From Eledone cirrhosa (Eukaryota): DNA of 64,000 bases. The number at the start of each line of letters is the position of its first letter. The stretch's first letter is position 1. The position numbers were made by a program, and so were the translations under genes. The notes under the pieces were generated by a model. That model saw nothing but the letters and a program-made list of their open reading frames with translations. It was not told the DNA's origin and searched no databases. The stretch covers positions 124,001 through 188,000 of the forward strand of contig OZ024740.1 of NCBI GenBank assembly GCA_964016885.1, read 5' to 3'. Positions 61,380 through 64,000 of this stretch are shown in pieces.

Positions 61380-64000
61380 ACTTCTTCAAAATCCTAACAT
61401 ATTCGCCTTGTCTAATATACGTACTTGTATCGGATTATTTCACCCAAATCTCCTGAGATGCTATAAGCCATGATGGCTTCCTATCTCACAATTTCCCTCC
61501 AGCCCAACCCTTAACACCACCATAGCCGATTCGACCAATCAAACCTCAGCAACATTACCAACCCCAACAAACTCTGCCATTACTACTACCTTTCTTCTTG
61601 CCCTTACCAGCCACAACAAACCCTGCCATTATTACCAGCACCACTGTTCTTCTAGCCCTGAATTCTCTTACCGTTATGTATGGATGAGCTGAGGGTAAAT
61701 GGAGCAAGCCCAAATTAATAAATGAATATGAATTCGCGAGTTACCAAGCATCCATGCAAAGCTTTAATTTCAGAGACAGGAAGCATACACACACACCCGC
61801 AAAAATTTACCCTTTCCCACGAATGTTGGCAAATGCCCAAAACCCCGATTTGGAACCATCAATGTAAGCACAATGAAAGGAAGAGCAGGAGAAATTGTAG
61901 AGAGACTGGAAACTGATGTATGCTGTGTGAAAGAGACTAGATGAAGAGGAGAGTCCGCTAGAGTCCTTGTAGGAAAAAGTCGGTGCTACAAATTTTTATG
62001 GGTGGGAAATGACAATGGGATGGGTGGAGTAGGTATCCTACTAGCTGACAAGTGGGTAGATAAGGTAATCTCAGTGAACAGGGTGAATCCAAGAATCATT
62101 AAACTCAGACTAGTCCTGAATAAAACAATTACCACAATAATATCAGCTCATGCACCCCAATTGGGGTTGCCAGACGAACTTAAGGATAGGTTTTACCAGT
62201 CCCTAATGCACACTACTGCTCTAACAAACGACAATAACTTCCTAATCATTACAGGAGATTTTAACGGACACGTAGGTAAACACCATGACAGCTTCTATAG
62301 AGTCCATGGAGGCCACGGGTTTGGCACAAGAAATAAAAAAGGCTTCAGGCTTCTAGAATTCTGCGACGCCAATGACATGTCGATATAAACTTTAAAAATA
62401 CCCGACAACCATCTGATCACCTATAGATCAGGGGAGCATTCTAGTCAGATAGTTTTATCCTCATCAGAAGATGTGACAGATGGATGGTCGTAAACACAAA
62501 AGCCTACCCTAGTGAGGAATGTACCTGGTGGTGGAACAATAAGGTAGATGAGGCAGTTAAGGCTAAGAGACATGCATGGAAAGAATGGAAGAGCGGGGGG
62601 AGCAGGGTACATTACATAGACACCAGGAGGGAAGCTAGGCGATAAGTATACCTAGCTAGGAGGGAAGCAGAGGATAGTGAATTCAAGTATGTTTTGCAAC
62701 GTGAGGACCAGAAAGAGGTGTTCAGGATTGTGAGGCAGTGTGTCAGAGAGAATTGTGATGTCATTGGAGAGAAGTGTATCCGGAATGATAAAGGTGAGCT
62801 TGCCCTCACAAGTGCTGAGAAGAAAGATGCATGGAAGAGCCATTATGATAGATTACTAAATGAGGAGAATGTATGGGAAGAAGAGACCCTACCCCAAGTA
62901 GACTATATAGAGGGGCCAGCAGTACAAGTCAGCAGCATAGTAAGTAAGGCAATCAAAGATATGAAGATGGGGGAGGCAACCGGTCCATCGAGTATAGCTG
63001 CCGAGATGCTGAAGGTATCTGGGTCGGTAGGTCACACCATAACCACACGTATTATTAACCAGGTAATACTAGAATGTGTCTTACCAAAGGATTGTTGCAG
63101 CATCATCATTGTCAACTGCTACAAAGGTAAAGGGGATGCACTAGATAGAGGAAACTATAGAAGTATAAAGCTGATGGACCAGGTCATGAAAGTAACAGAA
63201 GGGGTTATAGCACTGTTGATTAGGGACCGGGTGAAACTAGATGGGATGCAATTTGGGTTTGTGCCAGTAAAAGGCACCACTGATGCCCTCTTCCTTGTGA
63301 GGCAGTTACAGGAAAATTACCTAGCTAAAAGTAAGCCGCTCTACCTGGCATTCGTCGATCTGGAGAAAGCTATTGACAGAGTTCCCCGTGCTATAATCTG
63401 GTGGGCTCTTAGAAAACTAGGAGTAGATGAATGGCTTGTGAAAGCTGTACAAGCCATGTATAGGGGAGCAGTCAGCAAAGTTAGGATTAGCAATGACTAT
63501 AGTGAGGAATTTAGCATACAGGTCGGTGTCCACCAGGGCTCTGTTCTTAGCCCTCTCCTGTTCATCATAGTTTTGCAGGCAATAACGGAGGAGTTTAACA
63601 CCGGATGCCCATGGGAACTCCTGTATGCAGATGACCTCACATTTATAGCTGAATCTATGGATTCCAAACATGGAAGCAGGGACTAGAAAGAAGGTATCAA
63701 AGTCAACCTGTCAAAGACTAAGGTCCTTGTAAGTAGATGATAAAACAGAACCCAGATCCCCAGAGGGAAATGGCCTTGCTCAGTATGTAGGAAAGGTGTA
63801 GGTAGGACCTCCATCCTCTGCGCCAAATGCAAACAATAGGTTCACAAGAGATGTAGCGGGATCTCAGGAAACTTAACTAAGAATGTAGGCTTCACATGTA
63901 GCAGCTGTGCTGGGACAGCAAGCAGCAGACAGCCACAGGAAACAAGTACCACCAAACTCTGGGAGGGCTCTGTAGAAACAGTAGACAGCTTCTGCTACCT
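61380..64000 (+). mobile_element. RTE LINE, second subfamily, disrupted APE + RT, runs off the right edge; 5' boundary approximate
   Basis: GTINVSTM, GVGILL, SAHAPQ, TGDFNGHVG, FVDLEKAIDRVPR, HQGSVLSPLLF, LLYADD, then PHD-type finger. Confidence 0.92.

Overview
Repeat-rich eukaryotic (animal) genomic DNA. The SINE/RTE-LINE repertoire suggests a coleoid cephalopod such as Octopus, but that is inference. Two convergent host genes can be assembled from splice signals and homology: the last 4 exons of ELP2 (+, 4020-8216) and the last 6 exons of BARD1 (-, 21929 down to 9600; ankyrin repeats plus tandem BRCT). I found no further BARD1 exon in 21.9-64 kb, so most of the window is probably one BARD1 intron. 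That region holds RTE LINE copies with a PHD-type finger inside the RT region, SINEs, Tc1/mariner and TTAA MITEs, and tandem arrays (13 kb of a 19-mer, plus 25/28-mer, 24-mer and, in an ELP2 intron, 53-mer arrays). The main highlight is three unrelated fold-back (head-to-head inverted) Penelope-type elements of about 0.46, 3.0 and 3.9 kb. Each carries a type I hammerhead ribozyme near both outer ends, and one of these has the rare U3-A8 core. A second highlight is the last ELP2 intron, which has a U12-type donor and apparently no in-frame AG acceptor (candidate GT-AT intron).
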